Assembly (NCBI GenBank): GCA_910588965.1
Contig: CAJUSO010000006.1
Coordinates: 18,463 to 82,462, forward strand
DNA length: 64,000 bases
Direction of reading: 5' to 3'
From: an uncultured Lachnospiraceae bacterium
GTDB lineage: Bacteria > Bacillota > Clostridia > Lachnospirales > Lachnospiraceae
In this document: piece after piece, positions 46,826 to 57,126 of the stretch
Position numbering within the stretch: the stretch's first letter is position 1
How the letters are laid out: each line of letters opens with the position of its first letter
Made by a program: the position numbers and the translations under genes
The notes under the pieces: generated by a model
Database searches by the model: none
What the model saw: only the letters and a program-made list of their open reading frames with translations
Told to the model about the DNA's origin: nothing

Positions 46826-48550
46826 ATGGCAATGGATATAACCGGAAGGAAATTATTTGTGAAGGCGTTGTCGGAGGAAGGCGTGGATACGGTCTTTGCC
46901 TATCCCGGCGGCATGGTGACAGATATCCTGGATGAATTATACAAGCATGAAGAGATAGAGCTGGTATTGCCCCGCCATGAGCAGGGGCTTATCCATGAGG
47001 CTGAGGGGTACGCCAAGGCCACGGGGAAGGTAGGGGTCTGTATCGTGACCAGCGGCCCTGGCGCCACCAATATTATCACTGGCCTTGCAGACGCCCACTA
47101 TGACAGCATCCCCCTGGTCTGCATCACCGGCCAGGTGCCCCTTGGCCTAATCGGGAATGACGCTTTCCAGGAAGTGGATATTGTAGGCATGACCCGGAGC
47201 ATTACGAAATATGGCGTGACCGTGCGTAACCGCAAGGATTTGGGCCGTATCCTGAAAATGGCGTTCCATATCGCCAGGTCCGGGAAGCCGGGCCCTGTGC
47301 TGATTGACCTCCCCAAGGATATCCAGACCTCGGCAGGGCCGGGCGAATACCCGGATTCTGTCTCTATCCGGGGCTATAAGCCCAATGAGAGCGTCCATGT
47401 AGGCCAGCTGAAGAAGGGCTACAAGCTGCTGAAAGCGGCCAAAAAGCCCCTGTTCCTGATTGGGGGCGGCGTCAACAGCGCCCGTGCCAACCAGGAAATG
47501 CTGGAACTGGTGGAAAAGACAAAGATCCCTGTGATTACCACTATCATGGGCAAAGGGGCCATCCCCACAGGGCATCCCTATTATATTGGCAACAGCGGCA
47601 TGCATGGGAAATATGCGGCGAATATTGCGGTAGGCCACTGTGACGTGCTCTTTTCCATCGGCACCCGGTTTAACGACCGGATTACCGGGGATTTGAATGA
47701 GTTTGCCCCCTGTGCCCAGATTGTCCATGTGGACATTGACGCCGCCGCCATTTCCAGGAATGTGGTGGTGGACGTGCCCATCGTGGCGGACGCCAAGCTG
47801 GCCTTGCAGAAGCTCCTGGAATGGGCAGAGCCCCAGGATACGGAGGAGTGGCTGGCGCAGATCCGGGAATGGGACAAGGAAAATCCCTTAGAAATGCGCA
47901 GGGATAAGGGGATGACGCCCCAGATGGTTATGGAAGGGATTAATGAGCAGTTCCCGGAAGGGATTATCGTGACGGATGTAGGGCAGCATCAGATGTGGGC
48001 GGCCCAATACATATCCTTGGATGAGAACAAGCAGTTTATCACTTCTGGGGGCCTTGGCACTATGGGGTTTGGCTTCCCGGCAGCCATTGGGGCGAAGATT
48101 GGCTGCCCCCAAAAGCCGGTTGTCTGCATCAGCGGCGACGGCGGGATGCAGATGAACCTCCAGGAATTTGCCACGGCTATGGCCCAGGGGGCAGGTGTGG
48201 TTGTCTGCGTCCTGAACAATTACTATCTGGGCATGGTGCGCCAGATGCAGCAGCTTTTCTACGGTAAGCGTTATTGGGCCACCTGCCTGCGCCGCCGGAA
48301 GGGCTGCCCGCAGGAATGCAAGGGCCCGAACCCTTCCTGCCCGCCTTATGAGCCGGATTTTGTGAAGCTGGCGGAAAGCTATGGCGCCTGCGGCATCCGG
48401 GTAGAAAGGGAGGAAGAAATCGCTCCTGCCTTTGAGAAGGCCAAAGCCCAGGATGTCCCTGTCTTAATTGAGTTTATGATTGCCACTGAGGAAATCGTGC
48501 TGCCCATGGTCCGGGGCGGGAACCCTATGACAGAGATGATTTTAAAATAA
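46826..48550 (+). CDS. ilvB: Acetolactate synthase large subunit, with a Cys-rich insertion
   Basis: YPGG, RHEQG, TSGPGATN, DAFQE, DVGQHQMW, GDG ThDP motif, LGMVRQ. Confidence 0.92.
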   Translation: MAMDITGRKLFVKALSEEGVDTVFAYPGGMVTDILDELYKHEEIELVLPRHEQGLIHEAEGYAKATGKVGVCIVTSGPGATNIITGLADAHYDSIPLVCITGQVPLGLIGNDAFQEVDIVGMTRSITKYGVTVRNRKDLGRILKMAFHIARSGKPGPVLIDLPKDIQTSAGPGEYPDSVSIRGYKPNESVHVGQLKKGYKLLKAAKKPLFLIGGGVNSARANQEMLELVEKTKIPVITTIMGKGAIPTGHPYYIGNSGMHGKYAANIAVGHCDVLFSIGTRFNDRITGDLNEFAPCAQIVHVDIDAAAISRNVVVDVPIVADAKLALQKLLEWAEPQDTEEWLAQIREWDKENPLEMRRDKGMTPQMVMEGINEQFPEGIIVTDVGQHQMWAAQYISLDENKQFITSGGLGTMGFGFPAAIGAKIGCPQKPVVCISGDGGMQMNLQEFATAMAQGAGVVVCVLNNYYLGMVRQMQQLFYGKRYWATCLRRRKGCPQECKGPNPSCPPYEPDFVKLAESYGACGIRVEREEEIAPAFEKAKAQDVPVLIEFMIATEEIVLPMVRGGNPMTEMILK

Positions 48551-48566
48551 AGGTGGAGGGAAGAGA

Positions 48567-49088
48567 ATGAAGAATCGGTGGATTGCATTATATGTAGAAA
48601 ATGAAGTAGGCGTCCTGGCCAAAGTGTCCGGCCTTTTTTCCGGGAAATCCTACAACCTGCAGAGCCTGACCGTAGGGACGACAGAGGATATGACCGTGTC
48701 CCGGATGACCATCTGCGTCACCAGCGACGACATTACCTTTGAGCAGATTAAGAAGCAGCTGAACCGGATGGTGGAGGTCATTAAGGTCATAGACCTGACA
48801 GATATGCCTATCCATATGAAGGAAATCTTGTTTGCCAAAGTAAAAGGCTGCTCGGTGGCGGACAAGGCGGAGCTCTTCCAGATTGCCCAGGTGTTCCACG
48901 TGGAGGTGGCGGATATCGGCACGGACAGCGTGCTCTTGGAATGCAAGGCCACAGAGCGGCGCAACAATGAGCTGATAGAGCTTCTGCGCAGCAAATTCCG
49001 GCACATTGAGATTGTCCGGGGCGGGGCAGTGGCGATTGAATCCATCAGCACCTCCTGCGGCGGCAGGGCAGAGTATTTCTGGAAATAA
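48567..49088 (+). CDS. ilvN: Acetolactate synthase small (ACT) subunit
   Basis: VENEVGVLAKVSGLFSGKSYNLQSLTVG, SRMTI, EQIKKQLNR. Confidence 0.9.
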   Translation: MKNRWIALYVENEVGVLAKVSGLFSGKSYNLQSLTVGTTEDMTVSRMTICVTSDDITFEQIKKQLNRMVEVIKVIDLTDMPIHMKEILFAKVKGCSVADKAELFQIAQVFHVEVADIGTDSVLLECKATERRNNELIELLRSKFRHIEIVRGGAVAIESISTSCGGRAEYFWK

Positions 49089-49154
49089 ACATAAGGGGCA
49101 AGGGGGCGGCTGGCGCCCCTTCGCCCAGCGCGGGGAAGAAGCAAGGAGGGAAAT

Positions 49155-49682
49155 ATGCGGAAAATATTAGTAGTCGTGGATATGCAGAAGGATTTTATTG
49201 ACGGCGCCCTGGGGACCAAGGAAGCCCAGGCTATCCTGGGGCCTGTCTTAGAGAAAATGAAATCATACCGGAAGCCAGATATTTATGCCACCAGGGATAC
49301 CCATGGCAGGGATTACCTCAAGACAGCCGAAGGGAAGAAGCTCCCGGTGGAGCATTGCATCCAGGGCACGGAAGGCTGGATGCTGCACCCCGAGGTAGAA
49401 GCCCTGGTAGAGCCTTCCCAAATAGTGGATAAGCCTACTTTTGGCTCCCTGGATCTGGCGCTGCGGCTGAACCAGAGGAACCAGAAGACGCCATTGGAGG
49501 TGGAGCTGGTGGGTTTGTGCACGGATATCTGCGTTGTGAGCAATGCGCTGCTGTTCAAGGCCTTCCTGCCAGAGACGCCCATTTCTGTGGACGCTTCCTG
49601 CTGTGCTGGGGTTACGCCAGAATCCCATGCTGCCGCATTGGAGACCATGGAAATGTGCCAGGTGGAGGTGACAGGGAAGTAG
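49155..49682 (+). CDS. Isochorismatase-family cysteine hydrolase (nicotinamidase-like)
   Basis: VVDMQKDF, TRDTH, HC..GT.GW, K.TFGS, GLCTDICV. Confidence 0.88.
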   Translation: MRKILVVVDMQKDFIDGALGTKEAQAILGPVLEKMKSYRKPDIYATRDTHGRDYLKTAEGKKLPVEHCIQGTEGWMLHPEVEALVEPSQIVDKPTFGSLDLALRLNQRNQKTPLEVELVGLCTDICVVSNALLFKAFLPETPISVDASCCAGVTPESHAAALETMEMCQVEVTGK

Positions 49683-49758
49683 GCGCCTCCTTGGCAGGAT
49701 ACCAGGCGCAGGCTGGATGCAGCTATCCAGGCAGGGATTGGGTAAAAAGGCAGGCAGG

Positions 49759-49866
49759 GGACGCCGCAAAATAGCAGGTCCCTACAAGATCATGTGCATA
49801 GGTTCTGGTTTCTGTGCCCATGTCTTGTAGGGTTCTTGTATTTTGCGGCGTCCTTTTTCTTTTTTT
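49759..49866 (+). terminator. Long (~95 nt) nested inverted repeat followed by a T tract
   Basis: GGACGCCGCAAAATA/TATTTTGCGGCGTCC and CCCTACAAGA/TCTTGTAGGG arms plus inner stems. Confidence 0.7.
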
Positions 49867-49976
49867 ACCTGAAGTTTTATCTAGTTCCTAACGGTAAACA
49901 TATTTTACTGGGCGGGTTCCCTAAAATATATTAGAAAAATTGCATAAATTTTCCAATCTTTTTTTATAAAATTTGC

Positions 49977-50044
49977 TGAAAACGTATGCTTTACTAAAAT
50001 TTTAGTGATAAAGAATTGAAAAAAGCTGTGAATAATAATAAAAT
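49977..50044 (+). promoter_or_regulatory. cre-like site, palindrome and sigma-A promoter upstream of the giant gene
   Basis: TGAAAACGTATGCT (49977-49990), ACTAAAATTTTAGT (49993-50006), TTGAAA-N17-TAAAAT (50016-50044). Confidence 0.55.
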
Positions 50045-50348
50045 AAATAGGAAATGCAGTGGGATTTTTATACAGAACGGTGGGCCCACGCTATTTTTTT
50101 CTGTACATAAGTAATTGCAGGGCGGTTTCCTATAGGGTGTAAATGCAGGCGCAGAATGCAGCAAAGGCGGTTTTACTGCGGCGCAGGGCTTTGCAAAGAG
50201 AGAATTTTACTTTAGAAAGGGGGATAGAGGGAAATAGGATGGCGTTAGCAGGGACAGGTAGGCGTTCCTGCCAGGCATTTGCCCAAGATGCTAAAAGTTT
50301 TTTTGGGAATGGTTTTCGCATATATTTTTGGAAAGAAAGGAAAAGATT

Positions 50349-53300
50349 ATGAAACAGAAAAGTGTTTTAAAACGGATACTGTCATTGGCGCTCAGTACGG
50401 CCCTGGCTGTCACGATGCTGCCATCACAGCTGGCGCAGGCGGCAGGGGGGACAGTTTCTGAGGCGCCGGAATTTCCGGACAGGCTGGCGTATTTTAGTTT
50501 TGATGAAAGCCTGACAGATGGTGAGAATGCAATGGCTGCTGTAGATGGGGACAATGCATCCATTAATAAGAGCGACACCCATAACGGGGAAGGCGGGGCG
50601 TTAGAATTAAAGGGGCGTTCCTGGCTGACCCTTTCCAAAGCCGGGGATGCAGGCGACAACCTGATTAATGGGAAGAAAGAACTGACCATCTCTTATTGGA
50701 GCAAGACCACTTCGGATAACACGAAAAACCACAATGCCGGATGGGCTTGGTTTGCATCCAGGGACAATGAAGAGAATAAATATCCAAACGAGCATTACAT
50801 CGGCGGGATTGACACGCCAGGGCAATATACTGCGCAGCGGTGGAACAATTCCGGTGTAAGGAAAGAAGCCATTGAGTACCAGGGTTCCTTTAGCCAATGG
50901 AAGATGGTCACTGTCGTTATGGCAGAACACAGCACGGCTCTGTATATCGACGGGAAGCAGGTACGTGTCCAGACAAATGAAGTAATGCCTTTGGGGGACA
51001 TCATAACGGCAGGCAGTAAATTTATGATTGGAAGGGGCAATTGGGCATCTGATGATATATGGGAATATTATACGGGCCTGATTGATGATTTTGCCATTTA
51101 TGACGGCGTGTTGGATGCATCCCAGGTGCTTTATTTATACGATGGCTCTACCTTCGGGGACGTACTGGAAGAAGAGGGCTTTTCTGTAGCCGATTTTGGG
51201 CTTTCTGCAGGAGAAGAAGGGAAAGTAGATGTCATACTTCCGGCTATCTTGGAAGGCGCAGCCAACATTACATATTCGATTGACAACCAGGACATCGCAT
51301 CCGTTGATGCCAGCGGCGTGGTGTCTGCCAAGGCGGAAGGCCAGGCAGTGCTTACAGTGACGGTGGAAGCGGGCGGCATTTCCAAGTCCCAGGCCAGGAA
51401 GGTAACGGTTTACGGCGCCAATCCCGCGCCCTTGGCGGTGTATGATTTCAACGCAACCGAAAGCGCCCCGGCAGGAACCCTGGGGGAAGGGGTAGAAAAG
51501 TGTGTAAAGGGAATGGGCGCATATGAAGGGGAAACCGTATTTGAGAGCGGCAGAAGCGGCAGGGAAGGCGATTTTGCAGTCCGGACAGAAGAAGGCAAAT
51601 ACGGCTTAAAGCTTCCCCAGAAACTGCAGCAGAACTTTACGGTCTCTCTTTGGGTAAAGGCAACGGTCCTCCCGCACTGGGCTTCTTCTGTGCTGTTCGT
51701 AGGGAGAAAAACCCCAGAGACATGGATATCCATCGGCGGGAATAGCAATGGCAATTTAATCTGCTGGTCTTCCGGCAACCGCAGGAACGGCAGCGCAAAA
51801 ATAGAAGCCAATCAGTGGACGATGTTCACGCTGGTCCAGAAGGGGGAAAGCGTAAGCATTTACCAGAACGGGAAGAAATTAGAAATCCCGGGGACATGGG
51901 CGAAAGGGCTGATGTATGAGGACCAGTATATTTCCCTGGGTGTGAATCCTTGGGATGACGTAGTGTCCGGGTTATATGATGATATCAAAGTCTATGGGGT
52001 TGCCCTGAGCGATGGACAGGTTGCTGCAACGTATGCGGCAGAAAATCCGAAGGTAGAGTCATATGCCCCAGTTTCGGTAGAGACACGTGAAGGGGTGGAG
52101 CCGGAATTGCCAGATACGGTGCATGTGGAATTTGTAGGCGGGGCAGAAGGGACGGAGGAAGTCCAATGGCCGCAGATAGACCCAGAGCAATATGCCAATG
52201 AAGGCACGTTCACAGTGGCAGGCAAATTAAAATATTTTGATACGGAAATCGTAGCAAATGTCACAGTCCGGCCCCTTTCGGATTCCCTGCTGGCAAATTA
52301 CACCTTTGACGGGGAAGTATTGGCAGACGCCAGCGGCAAGAAGGCCAATGCAGAAAAGGTCAATAAGGTAGATATGGTGGACGGGTTAAAAGGCAAGGCT
52401 GTCAGCCTTCCGGGAGGGGGCGCCAATAAGGGCTCTGTGAAGCTCCCAGAGGATTTGCTTGTCAAAGACGGCAAGGTACAGGACGACTTTACCATATCCA
52501 TGTATGTAAAAGTGGCGGATAAGCTGCAGCAGTCTACGGCATTGTTGCTGCATGGAGACAAGTTGAATGAGTCATGGAATTCCAGCACTACCAGGAACCA
52601 TATTGCCCTCTACAACAGGGACAGTAACCGTGATGGCGAGGATGGCCTTTGGGTGGAATACCATACCAAGCAGGACACTTCCTCCATGCTGGGCAAGAAA
52701 GATGCTTCCCAGACGACGGCTGATAAATGGGAGCATATTGCAGTTGTGACAAAGGGCTCTACAGGCGAGGCATGGCTGTACAAGAACGGCAGGCAGATAG
52801 ACTATAAAAACAACATCACCGTAAAGGCTTCCGACCTGAATGGCCGCCTGAATTACCTGGGAGCCGCTGATTGGGAGGATCCGGACTACGCAGGCGCATT
52901 TGACGAATTGCAGGTATATGATACCGTATTGCAGGCCAGCGAGATTAAGGATATTTGTGATTCCGGGTTCCGAAGCTGCCTTGTTAAGGCAATGGAAGGA
53001 TTGGAGATTGGTTATGCCCAAGGGGACAGCGCGGCAAACGTAACCTCCAGCCTGTCTCTCCCAAGTACGCTCAAAGCTGCAGACGGCGTGGACATCCAGG
53101 TAGAATGGGGCAGCAGCGATACCGATGTGGTTGACAGCAGCGGCCTTGTAGACAGGCAGGATACCGATAAAGAGGTAACCTTGACGGCTACCGTTTCTGT
53201 GTTAGACACATCATCCAAAACAGGCGGGAAGCTTTGCAGCGAGAAGAAAGAATTTAACATCACGGTAAAAGCAAGCACAGGGGTTTCCTTTGTGAAATTA

Positions 53301-56300
53301 GACGCCAATATTGCAAAGGCAGAGGCTGTATATGAGGCAGCCGGCACAGCAAAGAATTATACAGAGGAATCTGTTGCAGCATTGAAGAAGCTGATTGATG
53401 ATGCAAAAGCCCTGAAAGGCAAAGAAGACGTAACAAAGGAAGAAGTTGCAGATGCAGCCAGTGGCTTGGCAGAAGCTATCACAGGCAGTACGGCTGTGCT
53501 GAAGCTGAAAGACCTTGCACAGTTAAACGGCGTATTAGCCGCCCATTATCCCCTTGCGAGGGACGCTAAGGATTCCACGGCCAACCACAAGGATGGGACG
53601 GCGAAGGAGAAAATTACCTTCCGTGGGAGCGAAGGGGCAGCTTTCGTGAAGGATACGAAGCAGAGCCGGGTAAGTGTTATCGACCTTCCCACGGATTTGT
53701 TCCAGGGCAAGGACCAGCTGACGGTTTCCTTCTGGGCAAAAGATACCTATAGTAAAAGGGACGAGAACCATGCTGTGTTTGGGATTGGTTCCGGGACTTC
53801 TGCAGATCCCAATTCTGCAGGCGCATTTAAGTATCTGTTAGTGAACCCAACGAAAAACGGCAAGCTGAAAGTCGTGCTTTCGAAAGAGAAATCCTATAGT
53901 GGGGAGAAAGGCTTTGGCAACAGCAATTGCGTTGCGCCTTTTGAGGCAAATCAGTGGATCCATGTGGCCGTTGTGCTCAACGGGACAAAGCTGGCAGTCT
54001 ATAAGGACGGTGCGCTTGCAGGGGAAACGGATACCGGGGTCACGGTTTCAGACCTTGGGGAACTTACAAGCGCCAGCATTGGCAATTCCATATACGGCAA
54101 CACGGGGGACCGGGATTTTGAGGGCTTTGTGAAGAATTTCCGGATTTACCATGCTTCCCTTGCGGCAGAGCAGGTGGGCAGCATTTATGGCGAAGAGAAC
54201 CGCGGCGTTGATAAGGCTGCACTGCAGGATGCCATCGCACAGGCAGAAGCCAGCATGGGCGAAGGGGACAGCAAGCAGGATGATTATACGTCTGGGAGCT
54301 GGAATGCCCTGAAAGAGGCATATGCACAGGCAATCCAGGTGAGGGATGACGCTACGGCAATCCAGGAAGAAGCAGACGGGGCTGCGGATGCATTAAAAGA
54401 AGCAATCAAAGGCCTGGCCAGCGTGGTAAGCCTCCAGGAGGCCATTGCAGCGGCGAAGGAAGTAGATAAGGGCAATTACAGCGACACGAGCTGGGACAAT
54501 TTCCAGAAGGCTATCACGGCGGCAGAAGCTATCCTGGCACAGGAAAACCCCTCAGAGGCAGAGATGGCCGCCGCGGTAAAAGCAATCGAGGACGCACGCA
54601 GCAAATTGACAGATGGCAGCAAGTCGGATTTAACAAACCTGATTGCTGAGATCAGGGGGATGGCAGAAGATTATACCGCATATTCCATGGAGGAGCTTCT
54701 GCGGTTTGCAGAAGAGCTAGACGCTTCTCTGCCTGAAGACGCCTCAGCAGAGGCCGTAAATAAGGCCGTGGCAGATTTACGCGCAGCAATGGAAGGGCTT
54801 GTAAGCGTAAAAGAACTGAAGGAGGCAATTGCCAAGGCAAAAGAAGTGGATCTGTCACAGTACCTGGCAGACGGCAAGGCAGAATTCAGGGAAGCGCTGG
54901 ACTATGCGCAGCAAATCCAAAAGGATGCAATGAGCGGTGCAGAGGTAAGCAAGGCAGTAATCATGGCGGCCTGCACCAATTTGGATACGGCTAGGAATGC
55001 GCTTTATAGCCGCAAAGGGCTTAGCGATAGGATTGGGGAAGCAGACGTCAAATTAGCAGACAGCAGGTATACAACGGCAAGCAAGAAAAAGCTGGAAGAA
55101 GCAGTAAAGAATGCCCTCAGGGTAAATGTCAATCCGGAAAGCACCGCTGCAGACTTTAGGGATGCAGAGGAACAGCTGGACACAGCAATGGCCCAATTAG
55201 TGGAGAAAGCAGATGCAAGCGCATTGCAGGACCTTGTTGGGAGAGTAGAAGCTTTGGATGAGGCAGGGTATACAGACGCAAGCTGGAAGGGATTGAAAGA
55301 GGCGCTGGCAACTGCCAAAGAAGTACTGGGGAATGACAGCAGTACAGCGGCAGCATTGGCAGCGGCAGAGGAGGCTTTGGCCAGCGCCAAAGATAGGCTG
55401 GTAGAACGTGCCTCCGTCAGCCAACTGAACAGCCTTTATGCTGATGTTGCAAGCGTCGGGAGGTTAAATGCTTCCGATTATACCAGCAGCAGCTGGGCAG
55501 CCCTTCAGGAAGCGGCCTCAAATGCAGCTGCGGCAGCAGAAGGAAAGGTGAAGTCAGAGGTTGTAGGTTCTGCAGCGGCGCTGAAAGATGCAAAGGCAAA
55601 ATTAGTAAACCTTACCGCCCTCAAAGCGGCAATTGCAGATACAGCAGCCCTTTCCCAGGCAGATTACACCAGCGCAACTTGGGCTGTGTTCCAGGATAAG
55701 CTGGGGAAAGCTAACATAACAGCAGCGAACGGCTCCGCAACCCAAGGAGATGTGGATACGGCAGCCCAGGAACTGAATACGGCCAAAAATGCTTTGGCAA
55801 GGGTATCCGATCTCAGTGGGCTGAAGGAATCCATCCAGAGGATGGAAAGCCTCCTGCAGGGAGACTATACCGTTGAGAGCAAAGAGAAATTAAGGCAGGA
55901 GATAGCCAAGGCCAAGGCTGTTACCAAGGAAATGCCGCAGGCAGAGGTTGATAAAGCCATAAAGGCATTAGAGCAGGCAGAAAAAGAACTGGTGAAGCTG
56001 GTCGATAAGGAAGATTTAAAGGCACGTGTTGCAGAAGCCCAGGTATTTGTGGCAGGCGTCAATGAGGCAGATGGGAAATATACTTCTGCTACCTGGAAAA
56101 ACCTGAAGGATGCCTTGGACGCAGCACAGGCAGCCATAAACAAAGGAAATGCATCAGAAAGCGAAGTATCTTCTGCACTGCGCAACTTAAATGAAGCGAT
56201 TAGCAGGCTGTTGGTACGCGGCGATAAGACTTCGCTGAACAAGCAGATTGCGGAAGCAGAATCCCTGGAAGAATCGGATTACACCAAAGAGAGCTGGGCA

Positions 56301-57122
56301 GCGCTTGGGAAAGCATTGGCAGCAGCCAAGGCAGTCCAGGAAGAAGCAGACGCACTGCAGAATGAAGTGAATGACAAGGCAGCTGCATTGAGGGAAGCAA
56401 GGCTTGCCCTTAAGATTGCAGCCTTTACCGTTACGTTGGATCCGGCAAATGGGGAAGCGCCTACGGTTGAGCATATTGTGTCCGGGCAATTGATTTCAGA
56501 ACCGGAAGATCCTTCAAGGGCAGGATACGTTTTTATAGGATGGTATGTTGGGGACACCTTATATGATTTCGGTGCGCCGGTTATAACGGATCTCACAATC
56601 ATTGCAAAATGGGCAGACCTTCCATCTATCGCAGGCGCATCGGTTAAGGTTGAGAAGGCGGTATACAATGGCAAGGCAAGGAAGCCGGAAGTGGCCGTGA
56701 GGATGGATGGTAAATTATTGGTTGAAACCATTGATTATACCGTGTCATACAGCAATCATGTAAAGGTAGGCCAAGGGACAATTACCATTACAGGGATAGA
56801 AGGCTATACCGGGAAAAAGATCGTGAAGTTCAATATCCTGCCAGCTAAGGTAAAGAATGTGAAGCTCACAGCCAAGAAGGGCGGTAAGGCAGCAGTGAAG
56901 TTCACGAAGGCAGCCGGTGTGAAGGGATACCAGGTAACTTATTCTGCCAGCAGCAGCTTCAAATCTGCCAAGAATAAGAATATAACCAAGAACAGCGTTA
57001 CCTTGGGCGGCCTTAAGAAGAACAAGGTGTACTATGTAAAAGTCAGGGCTTATACTATCGTTAATGGCAAGAAAGTATATGGCTCCTACAGCACAAAGGT
57101 AAAAGTGAAGATTAAGAAATAA
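50349..57122 (+). CDS. Giant secreted multidomain surface protein (4 LamG-like, Ig-like, ~12 FIVAR-like, InlB-B/Flg_new repeat, FN3)
   Basis: Signal peptide ending AQA; four modules with TxSxW..W.H/M..V..Y.DG..G..DD..Y; helical repeats with YTxxSW; EPEDPSRAGYVFIGWY; basic C-terminal FN3 (YYVKVRAY). Confidence 0.85.
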   Translation: MKQKSVLKRILSLALSTALAVTMLPSQLAQAAGGTVSEAPEFPDRLAYFSFDESLTDGENAMAAVDGDNASINKSDTHNGEGGALELKGRSWLTLSKAGDAGDNLINGKKELTISYWSKTTSDNTKNHNAGWAWFASRDNEENKYPNEHYIGGIDTPGQYTAQRWNNSGVRKEAIEYQGSFSQWKMVTVVMAEHSTALYIDGKQVRVQTNEVMPLGDIITAGSKFMIGRGNWASDDIWEYYTGLIDDFAIYDGVLDASQVLYLYDGSTFGDVLEEEGFSVADFGLSAGEEGKVDVILPAILEGAANITYSIDNQDIASVDASGVVSAKAEGQAVLTVTVEAGGISKSQARKVTVYGANPAPLAVYDFNATESAPAGTLGEGVEKCVKGMGAYEGETVFESGRSGREGDFAVRTEEGKYGLKLPQKLQQNFTVSLWVKATVLPHWASSVLFVGRKTPETWISIGGNSNGNLICWSSGNRRNGSAKIEANQWTMFTLVQKGESVSIYQNGKKLEIPGTWAKGLMYEDQYISLGVNPWDDVVSGLYDDIKVYGVALSDGQVAATYAAENPKVESYAPVSVETREGVEPELPDTVHVEFVGGAEGTEEVQWPQIDPEQYANEGTFTVAGKLKYFDTEIVANVTVRPLSDSLLANYTFDGEVLADASGKKANAEKVNKVDMVDGLKGKAVSLPGGGANKGSVKLPEDLLVKDGKVQDDFTISMYVKVADKLQQSTALLLHGDKLNESWNSSTTRNHIALYNRDSNRDGEDGLWVEYHTKQDTSSMLGKKDASQTTADKWEHIAVVTKGSTGEAWLYKNGRQIDYKNNITVKASDLNGRLNYLGAADWEDPDYAGAFDELQVYDTVLQASEIKDICDSGFRSCLVKAMEGLEIGYAQGDSAANVTSSLSLPSTLKAADGVDIQVEWGSSDTDVVDSSGLVDRQDTDKEVTLTATVSVLDTSSKTGGKLCSEKKEFNITVKASTGVSFVKLDANIAKAEAVYEAAGTAKNYTEESVAALKKLIDDAKALKGKEDVTKEEVADAASGLAEAITGSTAVLKLKDLAQLNGVLAAHYPLARDAKDSTANHKDGTAKEKITFRGSEGAAFVKDTKQSRVSVIDLPTDLFQGKDQLTVSFWAKDTYSKRDENHAVFGIGSGTSADPNSAGAFKYLLVNPTKNGKLKVVLSKEKSYSGEKGFGNSNCVAPFEANQWIHVAVVLNGTKLAVYKDGALAGETDTGVTVSDLGELTSASIGNSIYGNTGDRDFEGFVKNFRIYHASLAAEQVGSIYGEENRGVDKAALQDAIAQAEASMGEGDSKQDDYTSGSWNALKEAYAQAIQVRDDATAIQEEADGAADALKEAIKGLASVVSLQEAIAAAKEVDKGNYSDTSWDNFQKAITAAEAILAQENPSEAEMAAAVKAIEDARSKLTDGSKSDLTNLIAEIRGMAEDYTAYSMEELLRFAEELDASLPEDASAEAVNKAVADLRAAMEGLVSVKELKEAIAKAKEVDLSQYLADGKAEFREALDYAQQIQKDAMSGAEVSKAVIMAACTNLDTARNALYSRKGLSDRIGEADVKLADSRYTTASKKKLEEAVKNALRVNVNPESTAADFRDAEEQLDTAMAQLVEKADASALQDLVGRVEALDEAGYTDASWKGLKEALATAKEVLGNDSSTAAALAAAEEALASAKDRLVERASVSQLNSLYADVASVGRLNASDYTSSSWAALQEAASNAAAAAEGKVKSEVVGSAAALKDAKAKLVNLTALKAAIADTAALSQADYTSATWAVFQDKLGKANITAANGSATQGDVDTAAQELNTAKNALARVSDLSGLKESIQRMESLLQGDYTVESKEKLRQEIAKAKAVTKEMPQAEVDKAIKALEQAEKELVKLVDKEDLKARVAEAQVFVAGVNEADGKYTSATWKNLKDALDAAQAAINKGNASESEVSSALRNLNEAISRLLVRGDKTSLNKQIAEAESLEESDYTKESWAALGKALAAAKAVQEEADALQNEVNDKAAALREARLALKIAAFTVTLDPANGEAPTVEHIVSGQLISEPEDPSRAGYVFIGWYVGDTLYDFGAPVITDLTIIAKWADLPSIAGASVKVEKAVYNGKARKPEVAVRMDGKLLVETIDYTVSYSNHVKVGQGTITITGIEGYTGKKIVKFNILPAKVKNVKLTAKKGGKAAVKFTKAAGVKGYQVTYSASSSFKSAKNKNITKNSVTLGGLKKNKVYYVKVRAYTIVNGKKVYGSYSTKVKVKIKK
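54208..56410 (+). repeat. Eleven tandem, diverged FIVAR-like helical repeats (protein level)
   Basis: Recurring DKxxL..I..A..L...DYTxxSW..L..A...A units; ends are approximate. Confidence 0.75.
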
Positions 57123-57126
57123 GAAG

